Source: an uncultured Nitrososphaerota archaeon | Lineage (GTDB): Archaea > Thermoproteota > Nitrososphaeria > Nitrososphaerales > Gagatemarchaeaceae | Length of the DNA stretch: 64,000 nucleotides | NCBI GenBank assembly: GCA_963838925.1 | Contig: CAWISW010000001.1 | Coordinates: forward strand, 1-64,000 | Reading direction: 5' to 3' | In this document: piece after piece, positions 1-9,646 of the stretch | Position numbering within the stretch: the first letter of the stretch is position 1 | Layout: every line of letters begins with the position of its first letter | Position numbers and translations under genes: made by a program | Notes under the pieces: generated by a model | Database searches by the model: none | What the model saw: the letters and a program-made list of their open reading frames with translations, nothing else | Told to the model about the DNA's origin: nothing

Positions 1-248
1 CAGTCCCACTGCCAGCCAGCACAGTCGGGCGGCGGCCCCGGCCAGCAATATCCATAGCGCGACGACATTCCATGGCACGCGGCGCGAGAATACGTCGCGA
101 AGCTCAAGGTGCGCCCGCAGCAAAAGCTGCTAGATTCAGGTTCCACTTGGTCAGTGGACCTCGCGAACTGTAGGGCCGCGGACTGTTTAGGTAGAGATAG
201 CGCGGATTCTCTGAGTGACCGACTAGCGCTGGACGCTTGCGCCCGAAT

Positions 249-272
249 GAGCTGGACTTTCTCGTCCAGCTC
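249..272 (-). terminator. 9-bp perfect inverted repeat (GAGCTGGAC-N6-GTCCAGCTC) abutting the stop of the frameshift-corrected membrane gene
   Basis: Perfect hairpin at 249-257/264-272, directly after the TAG at 274-272 (- strand). Confidence 0.45.
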
Positions 273-833
273 TACTCGGACTTCAGCATGTACCAGTTGA
301 GCAGGCCTATCAGGACGCCCAGGAGCGCTACGCCGATGAAGGCGGCCTCGACGATAGGAGGCATGTCGTAGAACAGGCTAGACGAGTCGCTCGAGAGCGC
401 CGGAATGATGTCAGCCTGAATGACCGGCAGAGACGACGATCGCGTTGCCTCCGTGGGAGAGGTAGCTGCCGCCCACGTAGCCTATCGCCGCCATTAGACC
501 GCAGGCGCCGAAGGTCCCGACCTCGAAGACGATGAGGTGGAGGGAGCTCAGGAGGTTGTTCGCCTTGGTCTTGCCCCAGAACTTGGAGGAGAAGTAGTAG
601 CTCAGGCCGAAGAACATCGACCCGAAGACTCCGACAAGGATCCAGATGATCCACGCGATAAGGACCCAAGTTCCGGGCCACTGTATGTCCATCGTGGAGA
701 GGCAGCCGAAGAGCCCTGGAGGCGTCGCGATGCAGAGATTCGGGTCCAGGATGGGGAGGGTAAAGACGAAAGCCAGAAAGCCGTTCACAACAGAGAGCTT
801 TAGGAACTCATTTGCTAAGTCCTCAGTTCGCAT
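272..833 (-). pseudogene. 'WPGTW' multi-pass membrane protein, paralogue of 3798..4337, with an apparent 1-nt insertion near 425 (pseudogene or sequencing error)
   Basis: ATG at 833 lies ~25 nt after TTATATAG. Removing one base at ~424-427 extends the ORF by VIQADIIPALSSDSSSLFYDMPPIVEAAFIGVALLGVLIGLLNWYMLKSE* to 272, restoring the last TM helix seen in the paralogue. Confidence 0.65.
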
Positions 834-994
834 TTTGCATTGGTGTGCAATCAGCCTATATAATTTTTGCTCGGCGCGGGCCTCCACGCTTGGCGCAATA
901 ACGGCCTGATTGGGCCGTTTCGCGCCTGTTTTACTCTTTTTCGCGTCGCCGCTCAAATCGTTTATATGGACCAGAACGCGTTTTCATGCGACAT

Positions 995-2100
995 ATGCAA
1001 CCAGCAGCAACGGCGAAGCCCAAGAGCGCTTACGGGCGGGTCAAACTGGCGGCTTACACAGCGCTGGTGCTGAGCATCGTTGCTTGGTGTCGGTGGCGGC
1101 GCTCGCTGTCGTCGTGACCCGCGACCTTGGGGGGCAGACAACGACTTCGACGACAACCCTCGCTCCAATATCGGTGTCGGGGCAATTGATCACCCCGCCC
1201 CTTTCCCTTGCCGACGCTCCTCCGATCCTCGCGCAGCAGCCGTTCGGCCAGAGGCTGACCAACATCAACGTCCCGCTTAATTCATCCCAGCTTGCCGTGA
1301 TAAACAGCGGACCTAACTCTTATTTCGAGACTGCAGCTCAGATGTATCTCAACGGAAGCCTTACGAACGTGGTGGGTGCGCAGATAGCTCCCGCGCCCCT
1401 CTTTACCGTGAATGGAAAGCCGACGGTGACCTACCTGGGGGCTATCTCTTGCGTCTACTGCGGAGAGAACAGGTGGGCGATGGCGCTTGCGCTGAGCAGG
1501 TTCGGGAGCTTCCAGAACCTGTTCTTCGGATATAGCTCACTGGGCGACGAGGACGTCCCGACCCTCTATTGGGCGCCCGCGCATTACAACTCGAGCTCCG
1601 CGGTCGACTGGGGGAACTTCTACAACGGCACGTACGTCAACTTCGTCTCCATCGACTACGCCTCACCGATAACCGCAGGGTTCGAGATGCAACCCTTGTC
1701 CTACTTCCAGACTCAGGTGAAAGCCACCAACAACTCGGTCTACGAGGCCGCGACGAGCCTGATAGTGGCAGAAAACAACTATGTCGGCACACCATACACG
1801 ATATGGGCGAAGTACGCCGTTCTAAGCGCGGATGCGCAAGACTTCGGAGACACTACCTCGACTGCCACGACCACTTCGTCGACGACACTCCCGATCTCGT
1901 CGATGACCCACGATCAAATCCTGGCCAGCTTCGCTCATCCGACAACCCAATTTGCCTGGACCGAGTACGCGGCTGCGGACTACTACGTCGCGCTTGTCTG
2001 CGCCGATCTGGGGTCCGGTTCGACGTCGTCCATGACCGCTCCTCCCATATGCTCCAACGCCTCGATATCGGCCATGACGTCACAGGCCGAGAAGGCGTAG
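995..2100 (+). CDS. DUF929-family membrane-anchored thioredoxin-fold (CxxC) protein; apparent 1-nt deletion near 1084
   Basis: SCVYCGENRWAMALALSRFGSF matches the DUF929 CxxC-xxERW-xxALSRFG pattern. ATG 995 (after TTTATAT at 961) gives MQPAATAKPKSAYGRVKLAAYTALVLSIVA, which joins LVSVAALAVVVTR in the -1 frame to form a complete anchor. Confidence 0.7.
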
Positions 2101-2298
2101 CGGGCCGGACCTTAGTCCTTCAGAACTGGCCTCTCCGGATTAATATAACGGGCGACGCGAGGCCATAATGCGAGGGTTTGGCGAGGGCCCGAGTTAGCAA
2201 CTGACGCATCTCGTCGCCTTGAACGCTTAACAGCACAAATCACGGAACCAAACCCTTAATAATCTTCGGCGTTCGTTATCTGTCGGTGTTTCGGTAAT

Positions 2299-2778
2299 AT
2301 GCAGCGTTCCGGAGTGATAGTTCAGGTCTCGGTAGTGGTCTTGCTCGTCGCGCTCGTGGGCCTCGGCGCAGGTGGCCTATACACCTACTCGGCATCCCCA
2401 GCAGCGACAGCGGCGTCGTCTGCTGCCGGAAACAAAGGGGCGACGACGTATCTGGGATACCTCCCAAAGGGATACGTCCTAACATCGCTGCTCCCGAACG
2501 CGCCATCGTATCCGTGCCCTTCTAACTTCAACTCCACGCAGTGCGCCCAGTTCAAGGCGTCTTGCGGCAACGGAGTGTGCGACCCCAACGAGACTTGCAG
2601 CACATGCCCGATCGACTGTGGAGTCCCGCAGGGGCTGTCTTGCGACCCATACACTGGGAGGGCTTCCGGCCTTGGCGGCATCTGCGAGCTGACGATCCCG
2701 TACTCGAACACGAACCCGTCCTTGTCGAACCCGACGCTGAACACGCCTACCACGCCTGGTAGCAACACCGGCGGCTAG
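2299..2778 (+). CDS. Small membrane-anchored cysteine-rich surface protein
   Basis: N-terminal hydrophobic helix; CGNGVCDPNETCSTCPIDCG Cys-rich module. Confidence 0.75.
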   Translation: MQRSGVIVQVSVVVLLVALVGLGAGGLYTYSASPAATAASSAAGNKGATTYLGYLPKGYVLTSLLPNAPSYPCPSNFNSTQCAQFKASCGNGVCDPNETCSTCPIDCGVPQGLSCDPYTGRASGLGGICELTIPYSNTNPSLSNPTLNTPTTPGSNTGG

Positions 2779-2912
2779 AGACAAGAAGAAGCGCCCCGAG
2801 GGCGCCCGTGTAGACGTGGGCCTCTAGGATTGCCAAGCATGGGGGCTCCACAGACGCGGCGGGTCGGGAAGAAGAATCTTTTTTAACTGATGTTAGGCCA
2901 AGGTAGCTTGTC

Positions 2913-3737
2913 TTGCAGAAGGGTATAGCACGGTCATTTACACTCGGAGTGGTAATCGTAGTGGTCGCCGTCATAGGAATGGCAGCGATCTTTGCAGCAG
3001 GCGGGTCGGTCGCGAACTCTGTGGGGAGCATCGTGGCATCCACGACCGGCTCTAGTCAGACCACATCTTCGAGCGGTTCCGCATCAACCGGGTCAGTCAC
3101 CTACGGCGGCCCGGTCCCCTCGGGCTTCGGCCAATCCGTTGTCCAGACTCACGTTAACAACATCAACGCACGAAACATCGCCGCCGCCACCTCGGACTTT
3201 ACCTCGAACGGGGTGATGTATTGGTACGGGACGACCCAGGGCCTGGGCGGGACCTACACGGGCCAGGGCAACATCCGTGTCACGCTCCAGACGGCCATCG
3301 GAGCCGCGACAGCCCTCACCTACACGATCAACTCCTTCAACGCGAGCGGCTCGGCGTCGAACCCCAACGTCGCCCAGGCGGTAACCGAGATGACCTTCTC
3401 AGGGCACAGCAACATCCTGGGCAACTTCAACGGGACAATCGACTCCACCTTCAACTACGTGAACCAGGGTGGGTCGTGGCTCATCCAGATGGAGAGCTCC
3501 AACTACAAGGTGTTCAACGTTCAGTTCTCACAGGGAGCGACCACCTTCCCCCAGTGGCAGGTAACCGGACCTCCGCTTCCTTTCCGCTACTCTGAGAGCC
3601 CGTTCAAGAACTTCGTGTACTTCTACGGTGGCGCAGCAGCAGCGATAGTCATCGCGGCCTACATAGCGACTCTGCCGCTGTTCTTCTACATCAAGAAGAA
3701 GCGCTCGAACAGGGCCAGCGAAAACAGGCCCCAGTAG
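2913..3737 (+). CDS. Surface protein with an NTF2/SnoaL-like domain and N- and C-terminal TM helices
   Basis: HVNNINARNIAAATSDFTSNGVMYW...GTYTGQGNIR...GGSWLIQME fits a SnoaL/NTF2 pattern; C-terminal TM followed by KKKR. Confidence 0.65.
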   Translation: MQKGIARSFTLGVVIVVVAVIGMAAIFAAGGSVANSVGSIVASTTGSSQTTSSSGSASTGSVTYGGPVPSGFGQSVVQTHVNNINARNIAAATSDFTSNGVMYWYGTTQGLGGTYTGQGNIRVTLQTAIGAATALTYTINSFNASGSASNPNVAQAVTEMTFSGHSNILGNFNGTIDSTFNYVNQGGSWLIQMESSNYKVFNVQFSQGATTFPQWQVTGPPLPFRYSESPFKNFVYFYGGAAAAIVIAAYIATLPLFFYIKKKRSNRASENRPQ

Positions 3738-3797
3738 GGCCTCGGGTATCGCAGGCTGGCTCGGCCGACTCACCGTTGATTCGCTAATCAGAGGCGC

Positions 3798-4337
3798 ATG
3801 GAGCTAGCAAACATGAGCAACGGTAGAACACAACCTCCCCTCTTCGGGCAAGTGCGCTCGGAGCAGGCTTCTAGATACTTCTTCAAGGTCGGCCTGTTCA
3901 ACATCGTGGTCGCGGTCGCCGTGACCCTGCCCGTCCTCGTCCCTCAGCTAGGCCTCCCCCTAAAGCTGGAAGTGTGGCCCGGCACCTGGATGTTCATCTC
4001 CTGGTTTGTCTTCGTGATAGTGGGAGTGGTGGGGTCGTTCCTCTGGTGCCTCATCTACTACATGCTGCCCAGGGTCTATGACAAGAACACCGTCAGCGAC
4101 TTCCTCGCGCTCGCGCAGCTAGTCAGCTTCGAGGTCGCCGTCTTCGGGATGTGCGCATTCATGGGCATCGACGCAGGGTACTACGGGGGGACTTTGTACC
4201 ACAACGGGTTCGGCCAGGTCATCATAACGCAGATCATCGCATGGGCGGTGATCCCCATCGGCACTCTCATCGTCATCGCCCTGATGTCCACCGTCACCGG
4301 AATAGTCAACGTCGTCACGGCGACGAACGAGAAGTGA
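3798..4337 (+). CDS. 'WPGTW' 4-TM membrane protein of unknown function
   Basis: Four hydrophobic helices; shares WPGTW..I.W...I.VGV.GS and FEV..FG.C motifs with 272..833. Confidence 0.8.
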   Translation: MELANMSNGRTQPPLFGQVRSEQASRYFFKVGLFNIVVAVAVTLPVLVPQLGLPLKLEVWPGTWMFISWFVFVIVGVVGSFLWCLIYYMLPRVYDKNTVSDFLALAQLVSFEVAVFGMCAFMGIDAGYYGGTLYHNGFGQVIITQIIAWAVIPIGTLIVIALMSTVTGIVNVVTATNEK

Positions 4338-4344
4338 AAGCAGC

Positions 4345-4446
4345 ATGAGCAGGCGCCGGAAGAGGTCGCTAGTCCTAATCGGCATCGTAGCGCTGATCGC
4401 GCTGATAATAGGGATAGAGATCTACTTGGTGTACGGCTACTACTAG
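4345..4446 (+). CDS. 33-aa single-pass membrane microprotein MSRRRKRSLVLIGIVALIALIIGIEIYLVYGYY
   Basis: Translated by hand; starts 7 nt after the previous stop; basic N-terminus plus a clean TM helix; below the ORF-track length cut-off. Confidence 0.65.
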   Translation: MSRRRKRSLVLIGIVALIALIIGIEIYLVYGYY

Positions 4447-4511
4447 ACTTTAGCCTAGTAGATTTTGCAAGGCTTAAATAAATCAAACAGGGGCATTAGG
4501 CAGTTTTTCGT

Positions 4512-6350
4512 TTGGTGTCGACACCGAAGCAGCGCTCCAAATCAAGGAACAGAAACGCTCTCATCGCGGTCGGGGTGCTGTTGCTCATCGCCCTCGCGGC
4601 GGTATACTACGAGGCGCCAAGGGTAATCTCCTCATCCTCGACTGCGTCCTCGTCAGTCGTGAGCCAAGGCTACACAACGGAGTACGGAAACGCAGACAAC
4701 TGGGCGTGGAGCTCGAACACGGGGATTCCCGCGGTGAACGCCTCGCTCCTTTCGCTGAACCTTTACAACTCGCTCCCCCTGCAAGAGACCCCGTTTCTGT
4801 CTGGAGGCGCCGGCAGACAGGTCGCGCTATCGGGGCTCTCCTATGTCGCGAACGTGGGCAACTGGGAGTTCTACTCTTGGAACATTGAGACGCAGAACGA
4901 GGTCTACGACGTCGCCCTGCCGAACGCCCTGAGCGTGCCCATCCCGTATACAACGCCGTTCTTCCACATGGACATCACCACGCAGATCGGGGGCGCCCCC
5001 AACGTGTGGGTCTCGACCCCCTGGGCAGGGGTCTACGCGTACGGAGCGACCTCGAGCAAGGTCGATTATGCCTTCAACGCGACCGTTCCCATTCAGGGGA
5101 ACAAGGGCACATACTCCTGGGCCGCGCCAAACTACGCGATCGACGAGTCGAGGCAGATGATCGTCACCGGCAGAATGGTCAACACGACGGGTGTCCCCGG
5201 AAGGGGCTACGTGGAGGGATGGAAGATAGGCGGGCTGAACGTCACCCTCAACGGGGCCGTGCAGAGCACCCAGTCGGCGGTCCCGACGTGGACTACGTAT
5301 CTCTCTCCTCCGCAGGACGGGAGCGACCCAGGATGGGAGCTCACCCAGGTCAACTTGATCCCGCACGTCTGGGAGTTCAACGGGACCTCCGCGGTGGACT
5401 TGCGGACACTGCCGTCCAGCACGCTGCAGTCGATCCTTGCGAACGACTGGACGGCAAAGTCAGGCAGCGCTATCTTCAGCGCTGGCCCGGAGACCAACTC
5501 CAGCTGGATCTCCGACCCTTCATCGGACACCACTTACATCGCAACGAGCGCCCCCCAGCCTGAATCTCTCAACAACTCCTTCACAGGCCCCGCGCTCTTC
5601 AGCAGCTCAATCATCGCCTTGGACACGAACAACGGCAGCATCCGCTGGACGTTCCAGGTCACCCCTCACGACGTGTTCGGATGGGGCTGCAAGGGCAACA
5701 TCGCGATGCTCCCGGCGACCATTGGGGGCACGCAGGAGCAGGTCATTGCGAAGCAGTGCGAGAACGGCTACCTCTACCTCCTAAACCCGTCCACAGGCGC
5801 GCTCCTCTACTCGGGGCAGGCACCTGGGGTCGTCCGAGCCTCGGGCGCGCAGATTCCCAACGTCCTGAGCTCGAGCGCCATGCAGTCGTCTCTCGCCTCT
5901 CTGACAGGGGCCAGCCCTTCGCAGCGGCCCGTCGTAGTGTATGGGACTAACATCGCATACGATCCCGACAACGGACTCCTCCTGGGAGCGTCGGGCCAGG
6001 GCGCCGACCCGCTAGGGAGTCAGACCGTTGCCGCCAAATGGAACAGCACGGCGTACGCGTTCGACCTGACCAAGCTGACCTTCGCGTGGAATGCCCCTGT
6101 CCCCAACGAGAACTTCAGCTACATCGGAATAGCGAACGGCATCGCCTACATGGCGACGTACCAGGGAGAGGTGTACGTCGTGAGCACGCAGACTGGCTCT
6201 CAGTTGAAGGACATCCACGCCGCGTTAGCCGTGACGAGCCTCTTTGTACAGGACGGCCTGCACGGGAAACCGGGACTGGTCATGCTCGGGAACAGCATCC
6301 AGACGAAACAATTGATTGAGACAGAGCTGTTCACACCTTCTGGCCTCTGA
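4512..6350 (+). CDS. PQQ-dehydrogenase-like beta-propeller protein with N-terminal anchor; metal/catalytic residues degenerate
   Basis: GRGYVEGW, FSSSIIALDTNNGSIRWTFQVTPHD and ENGYLYLLNPSTG are quinoprotein motifs; the WDYD position reads FGWG. Confidence 0.75.
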   Translation: MVSTPKQRSKSRNRNALIAVGVLLLIALAAVYYEAPRVISSSSTASSSVVSQGYTTEYGNADNWAWSSNTGIPAVNASLLSLNLYNSLPLQETPFLSGGAGRQVALSGLSYVANVGNWEFYSWNIETQNEVYDVALPNALSVPIPYTTPFFHMDITTQIGGAPNVWVSTPWAGVYAYGATSSKVDYAFNATVPIQGNKGTYSWAAPNYAIDESRQMIVTGRMVNTTGVPGRGYVEGWKIGGLNVTLNGAVQSTQSAVPTWTTYLSPPQDGSDPGWELTQVNLIPHVWEFNGTSAVDLRTLPSSTLQSILANDWTAKSGSAIFSAGPETNSSWISDPSSDTTYIATSAPQPESLNNSFTGPALFSSSIIALDTNNGSIRWTFQVTPHDVFGWGCKGNIAMLPATIGGTQEQVIAKQCENGYLYLLNPSTGALLYSGQAPGVVRASGAQIPNVLSSSAMQSSLASLTGASPSQRPVVVYGTNIAYDPDNGLLLGASGQGADPLGSQTVAAKWNSTAYAFDLTKLTFAWNAPVPNENFSYIGIANGIAYMATYQGEVYVVSTQTGSQLKDIHAALAVTSLFVQDGLHGKPGLVMLGNSIQTKQLIETELFTPSGL

Positions 6351-6422
6351 TTAAGAGTTTGTTCATAAGACCGCCGGTCGGGCTAACAATCTGACCATAA
6401 AATTTGAAAATTGTCGCTAGAG

Positions 6423-6430
6423 TTATATAG
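6423..6430 (+). promoter_or_regulatory. Archaeal TATA box for the 992-aa PQQ-like gene
   Basis: TTATATAG ending 27 nt before ATG 6458. Confidence 0.55.
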
Positions 6431-6457
6431 ACAATATTCGCTAAGTGTAGAATAAGG

Positions 6458-9436
6458 ATGAAAACAAAGGCAACTCTACTAACTTCGATAGCAATATCAA
6501 CAGTCCTGCTGATGTCGTCAATGGTGAACTCACCAGTGTTCGGCATAAACAACAGCACAGCAGCAGCCTCCACAGGGTCTTCAGTCCTGTCAACGGCACC
6601 GTTAGCGCCTGTAGCACCGACAATCCTGCCGGGAGCTACTCCGTATAACTCGTCGCTCGACTGGACTGAGTACACTGGACCTGCTGTTGGCGGACTACAA
6701 AACACAAACTATTCACCAGAAACCCAGATCACAGCAGCCAACGTGGCCGACCTTCAGGTCTCGTGGCTGTTCCCAATTCCTAGCGCCCTAGCCTCACCCA
6801 CCGCCTTCGCGACTCGCGTGCCCGGATACACATTCAGTACCGGTAACGAGGGTACCCAGGCGACGGTGCTGACGGCGAACGGCATAGCCTACACCCTGAC
6901 GAACTACCTCAACATCTACGGCATCAATCTCGAGACCGGCGCGACCGCAGGCGCGGCACCTTCCTCATGTACAGTACCCACCGGTTCTTCGTTGGGCACT
7001 GTGATTGCGGCAGATGTCAAGGCTGCACCCGCCGGAACAACAGGCACTCCTTGTCTAGGAGCACCTGGCGAGATGGACCCAGCTTACGACTTTAGCTACT
7101 GGCTGACACAGCCAGAGGCTTCAGGCGGTCCCAGCCACCAACATGGTTGGAACATCGTAAACAGCGGGTCTGTCGGCGACGTTGCGTGGATCCCAGGATG
7201 GGGATGCAATATCCAGGGATGGCAGGTCTCTACGGGAACGCTCGTAGCGAACCTCACCGGAATGTGCGGCTCAAAGGCCAACCCGGTCCCCGGAACAGTG
7301 TCTCCAATCGCAGGCTCTGGCAAGATGGCCAGCAACGGAATCGGCGAGGTCCAAGTTGACCTAAAGTACAACGAGATCATCTTCTGGGCATCAGGCTCCA
7401 GTGAGGGTTCGGGCGGATTCACGGACAACGTGTTCGCCTGCAGCCTCTCTGGTGCACTGTCGGGCTATCAGCCTGGCGTTGGCTCACAATGTGTGCCAAA
7501 CTATGCTAATAGCAACGGCGGTGCGTGCAACACAACTGCTGGAGGAGCATGCTCCACCGGCAGCGAGATGCTCTGGAGGACCTTCTTGATGCCCGCGTAT
7601 GATGGGAGCACACCCAACTTCGCGGTCGGACTTTGCGCAACAGGACACGTCTGGATCGTGGGCGTTCCATGCTCAGCAGTTGAGCAAGTCAATGCCAACA
7701 TCATACAAGTCGACGGTCAGAGACCAGACCTAGCGTCACAGAATGGAGGAGACCCAGTCTTCCCCAGCACTGGATGCTCAGGCTCTTGGGGTCAGATCGC
7801 GCTTGACGATGCTAACGGCATCATGGCAATCGGCACCGGAGACACCGGCCCCGACTGGAACTCTACACTAAGAATGGGCTTCTCGATCCTCTGCAACGCA
7901 GTCGTCGCTCTGAACCTTCAGACCGGCGCCTTCATGTGGAGCGACAAGTCCTTCACCAAAGACATCAACGACCAAGATTGTAACCTGAACACCTCGTACA
8001 CAGCTCTGGGTGCGCCGGGAAGCGCAAGCAACCCGACGAGCGCGGTCACAGTATCGCAAAGCCCAACAGCGGCTTACCCATCAACAATGCCAACCAACAT
8101 ACCCTTCGCACAATCAGCCTCAGCTCAGCTGACGGCTGCCAGCAACCCAGTCTTCGTCAAGACTTGCAAGTCTTCGATGACTTTCGCAATGAACGGGCTC
8201 ACAGGCCAGCCACTCTGGTATCTTGACCCGTCCATGCCCGACTACTCAACAATCACAGCATCGTCAACCTCCAGCAACTCCCGCGTGATGCTATGCAGCC
8301 CGACAAACGCGACTGCATGCGACATCGGAAGAGTCTGGGACCAGATCGCACACAGGATAGTTCAGAACGACACATACCCGAACCACGTGAACGTGGCGGC
8401 TAGCGCCATCAAGATGCAAGGCACCAACCCGCACCCACACGGATGGATTACCGGTGGGCCAGCGAGAGGCGGAGCCAATCTTGACCCGCTCAACAACACT
8501 GAGATCGGGACATGCACTGGTGTAGGCACCAGCGGCGTGACCTGTACCCCAGGAGCCACCTGTCCAACTGGTATGCACACTGACTGCGTCGCAAACGACG
8601 TACAAGGCAAGGGTCAGGGCTACTATGAGGAGAGGTACATGGCTGAGAGCGAGGACGGTATCGACCCAACGACAGGAGTCTACTTCGCAATAGTCATGCA
8701 CGGTCCAGCAGAACATGACTGGATCGGTGACGTCGCGAAGCAAGGCCAGTCAGGGAACGTATCGGGCACAAGTCTCTACTTCTCCGGAGTCGAGGGAACC
8801 AACGCAACCGAGTTTGCAGTACAGATCTCCACTGGACAAGTCCTCTGGACTTACCAGCGGCCGATCTACTACAGAGGAGGGATCATAATGTTCGGCGGAG
8901 TAGTTGCTTCAGACTGGCCTGACGGGCACCTGATATTCCAATCAGAGGCAAACGGGGCAGTTCTGAAGGACATCAACGTCGGAGTCCCACTCTTGGCGCC
9001 ATTCAGCATCGCACCTGACCTCAACGGGGTCGAGCACGTGCTGATCAGCTACGGAGGCGTCAACCACGGCAACCTCGGTGAGCCTAGCATACACGGTGTC
9101 CTCGGACGCGGAACAGTCACCACTGGCGCAGTGATCTCGTACGTACTAGGTCCAGCATCAGTAGCAAGCACAAGCACAACAACCGTGACTTCAGTCGGCT
9201 CGACCACAGTGACATCAACTCAAGTGATTGGCGGAACAACTTCCGTCGTTACCTCAGTCGTGTCGTCAACTGTGACGTCGGTCTCGACAGTCTCGGGCTC
9301 CATCAGCACAGTCACATCTAGTGTAGGCACATCCGGCATCTCTGACCTCGCATTCTACGGGGCAGTCGGTGTCGCAGCCATACTCGCTATCGTCGCAGGC
9401 GCTCTGGTCGTCCTAAGAAGGAGACCAAGCGCCTAA
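6458..9436 (+). CDS. Large Cys-rich PQQ-dependent dehydrogenase-like surface protein with Ser/Thr linker and C-terminal TM anchor
   Basis: DWTEY...NYSPETQITAANVADLQVSWLF; WGQIALD...GTGD.GPDWN..R...VVALNLQTG...W...KDINDQDC; signal peptide; TM followed by RRR. Confidence 0.8.
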   Translation: MKTKATLLTSIAISTVLLMSSMVNSPVFGINNSTAAASTGSSVLSTAPLAPVAPTILPGATPYNSSLDWTEYTGPAVGGLQNTNYSPETQITAANVADLQVSWLFPIPSALASPTAFATRVPGYTFSTGNEGTQATVLTANGIAYTLTNYLNIYGINLETGATAGAAPSSCTVPTGSSLGTVIAADVKAAPAGTTGTPCLGAPGEMDPAYDFSYWLTQPEASGGPSHQHGWNIVNSGSVGDVAWIPGWGCNIQGWQVSTGTLVANLTGMCGSKANPVPGTVSPIAGSGKMASNGIGEVQVDLKYNEIIFWASGSSEGSGGFTDNVFACSLSGALSGYQPGVGSQCVPNYANSNGGACNTTAGGACSTGSEMLWRTFLMPAYDGSTPNFAVGLCATGHVWIVGVPCSAVEQVNANIIQVDGQRPDLASQNGGDPVFPSTGCSGSWGQIALDDANGIMAIGTGDTGPDWNSTLRMGFSILCNAVVALNLQTGAFMWSDKSFTKDINDQDCNLNTSYTALGAPGSASNPTSAVTVSQSPTAAYPSTMPTNIPFAQSASAQLTAASNPVFVKTCKSSMTFAMNGLTGQPLWYLDPSMPDYSTITASSTSSNSRVMLCSPTNATACDIGRVWDQIAHRIVQNDTYPNHVNVAASAIKMQGTNPHPHGWITGGPARGGANLDPLNNTEIGTCTGVGTSGVTCTPGATCPTGMHTDCVANDVQGKGQGYYEERYMAESEDGIDPTTGVYFAIVMHGPAEHDWIGDVAKQGQSGNVSGTSLYFSGVEGTNATEFAVQISTGQVLWTYQRPIYYRGGIIMFGGVVASDWPDGHLIFQSEANGAVLKDINVGVPLLAPFSIAPDLNGVEHVLISYGGVNHGNLGEPSIHGVLGRGTVTTGAVISYVLGPASVASTSTTTVTSVGSTTVTSTQVIGGTTSVVTSVVSSTVTSVSTVSGSISTVTSSVGTSGISDLAFYGAVGVAAILAIVAGALVVLRRRPSA

Positions 9437-9477
9437 CCTTCTTTTTTAGTCACAAACCTTCTAGTCTGTTTAGAAGG
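9437..9477 (+). terminator. T-tract plus hairpin terminator
   Basis: CCTTCTTTTTT right after the stop; CCTTCTA-N7-TAGAAGG at 9457-9477. Confidence 0.55.
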
Positions 9478-9646
9478 GTGTAGGTTCTGGACCGATTCAG
9501 ATCTATTCCTCTTCGAACTTCCGCAAGTCCACGGGTAGCTTTCTCCGCGACTTTCCGGCAATCGGAGCCTCTTCAGAGGCGTTGGTGTGAAGCACGCGAC
9601 TCGCAGTCAAATTTAAATACGGAAATCTTTCGCTTTTGCATACAAC

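Noticed and set aside
1-130. Minus-strand fragment PWNVVALWILLAGAAARLCWLAVGL resembling bacterial BlaR1/M56 membrane segments (possible chimeric contig end)
   Set aside because: It is too short and runs off the window, so it cannot be distinguished from a generic TM helix.
2140-2220. TTAATATAA followed by a GGCGACG...CGTCGCC stem, a possible small RNA
   Set aside because: The stem starts only ~2 nt after the TATA-like box (wrong spacing), and I found no tRNA, C/D or H/ACA features.
9160-9340. Repetitive Thr/Ser/Val-coding DNA (also 27730-27900 and 49070-49250)
   Set aside because: These are low-complexity protein linkers, not DNA repeat arrays; there is no fixed repeat-spacer periodicity, so no CRISPR.
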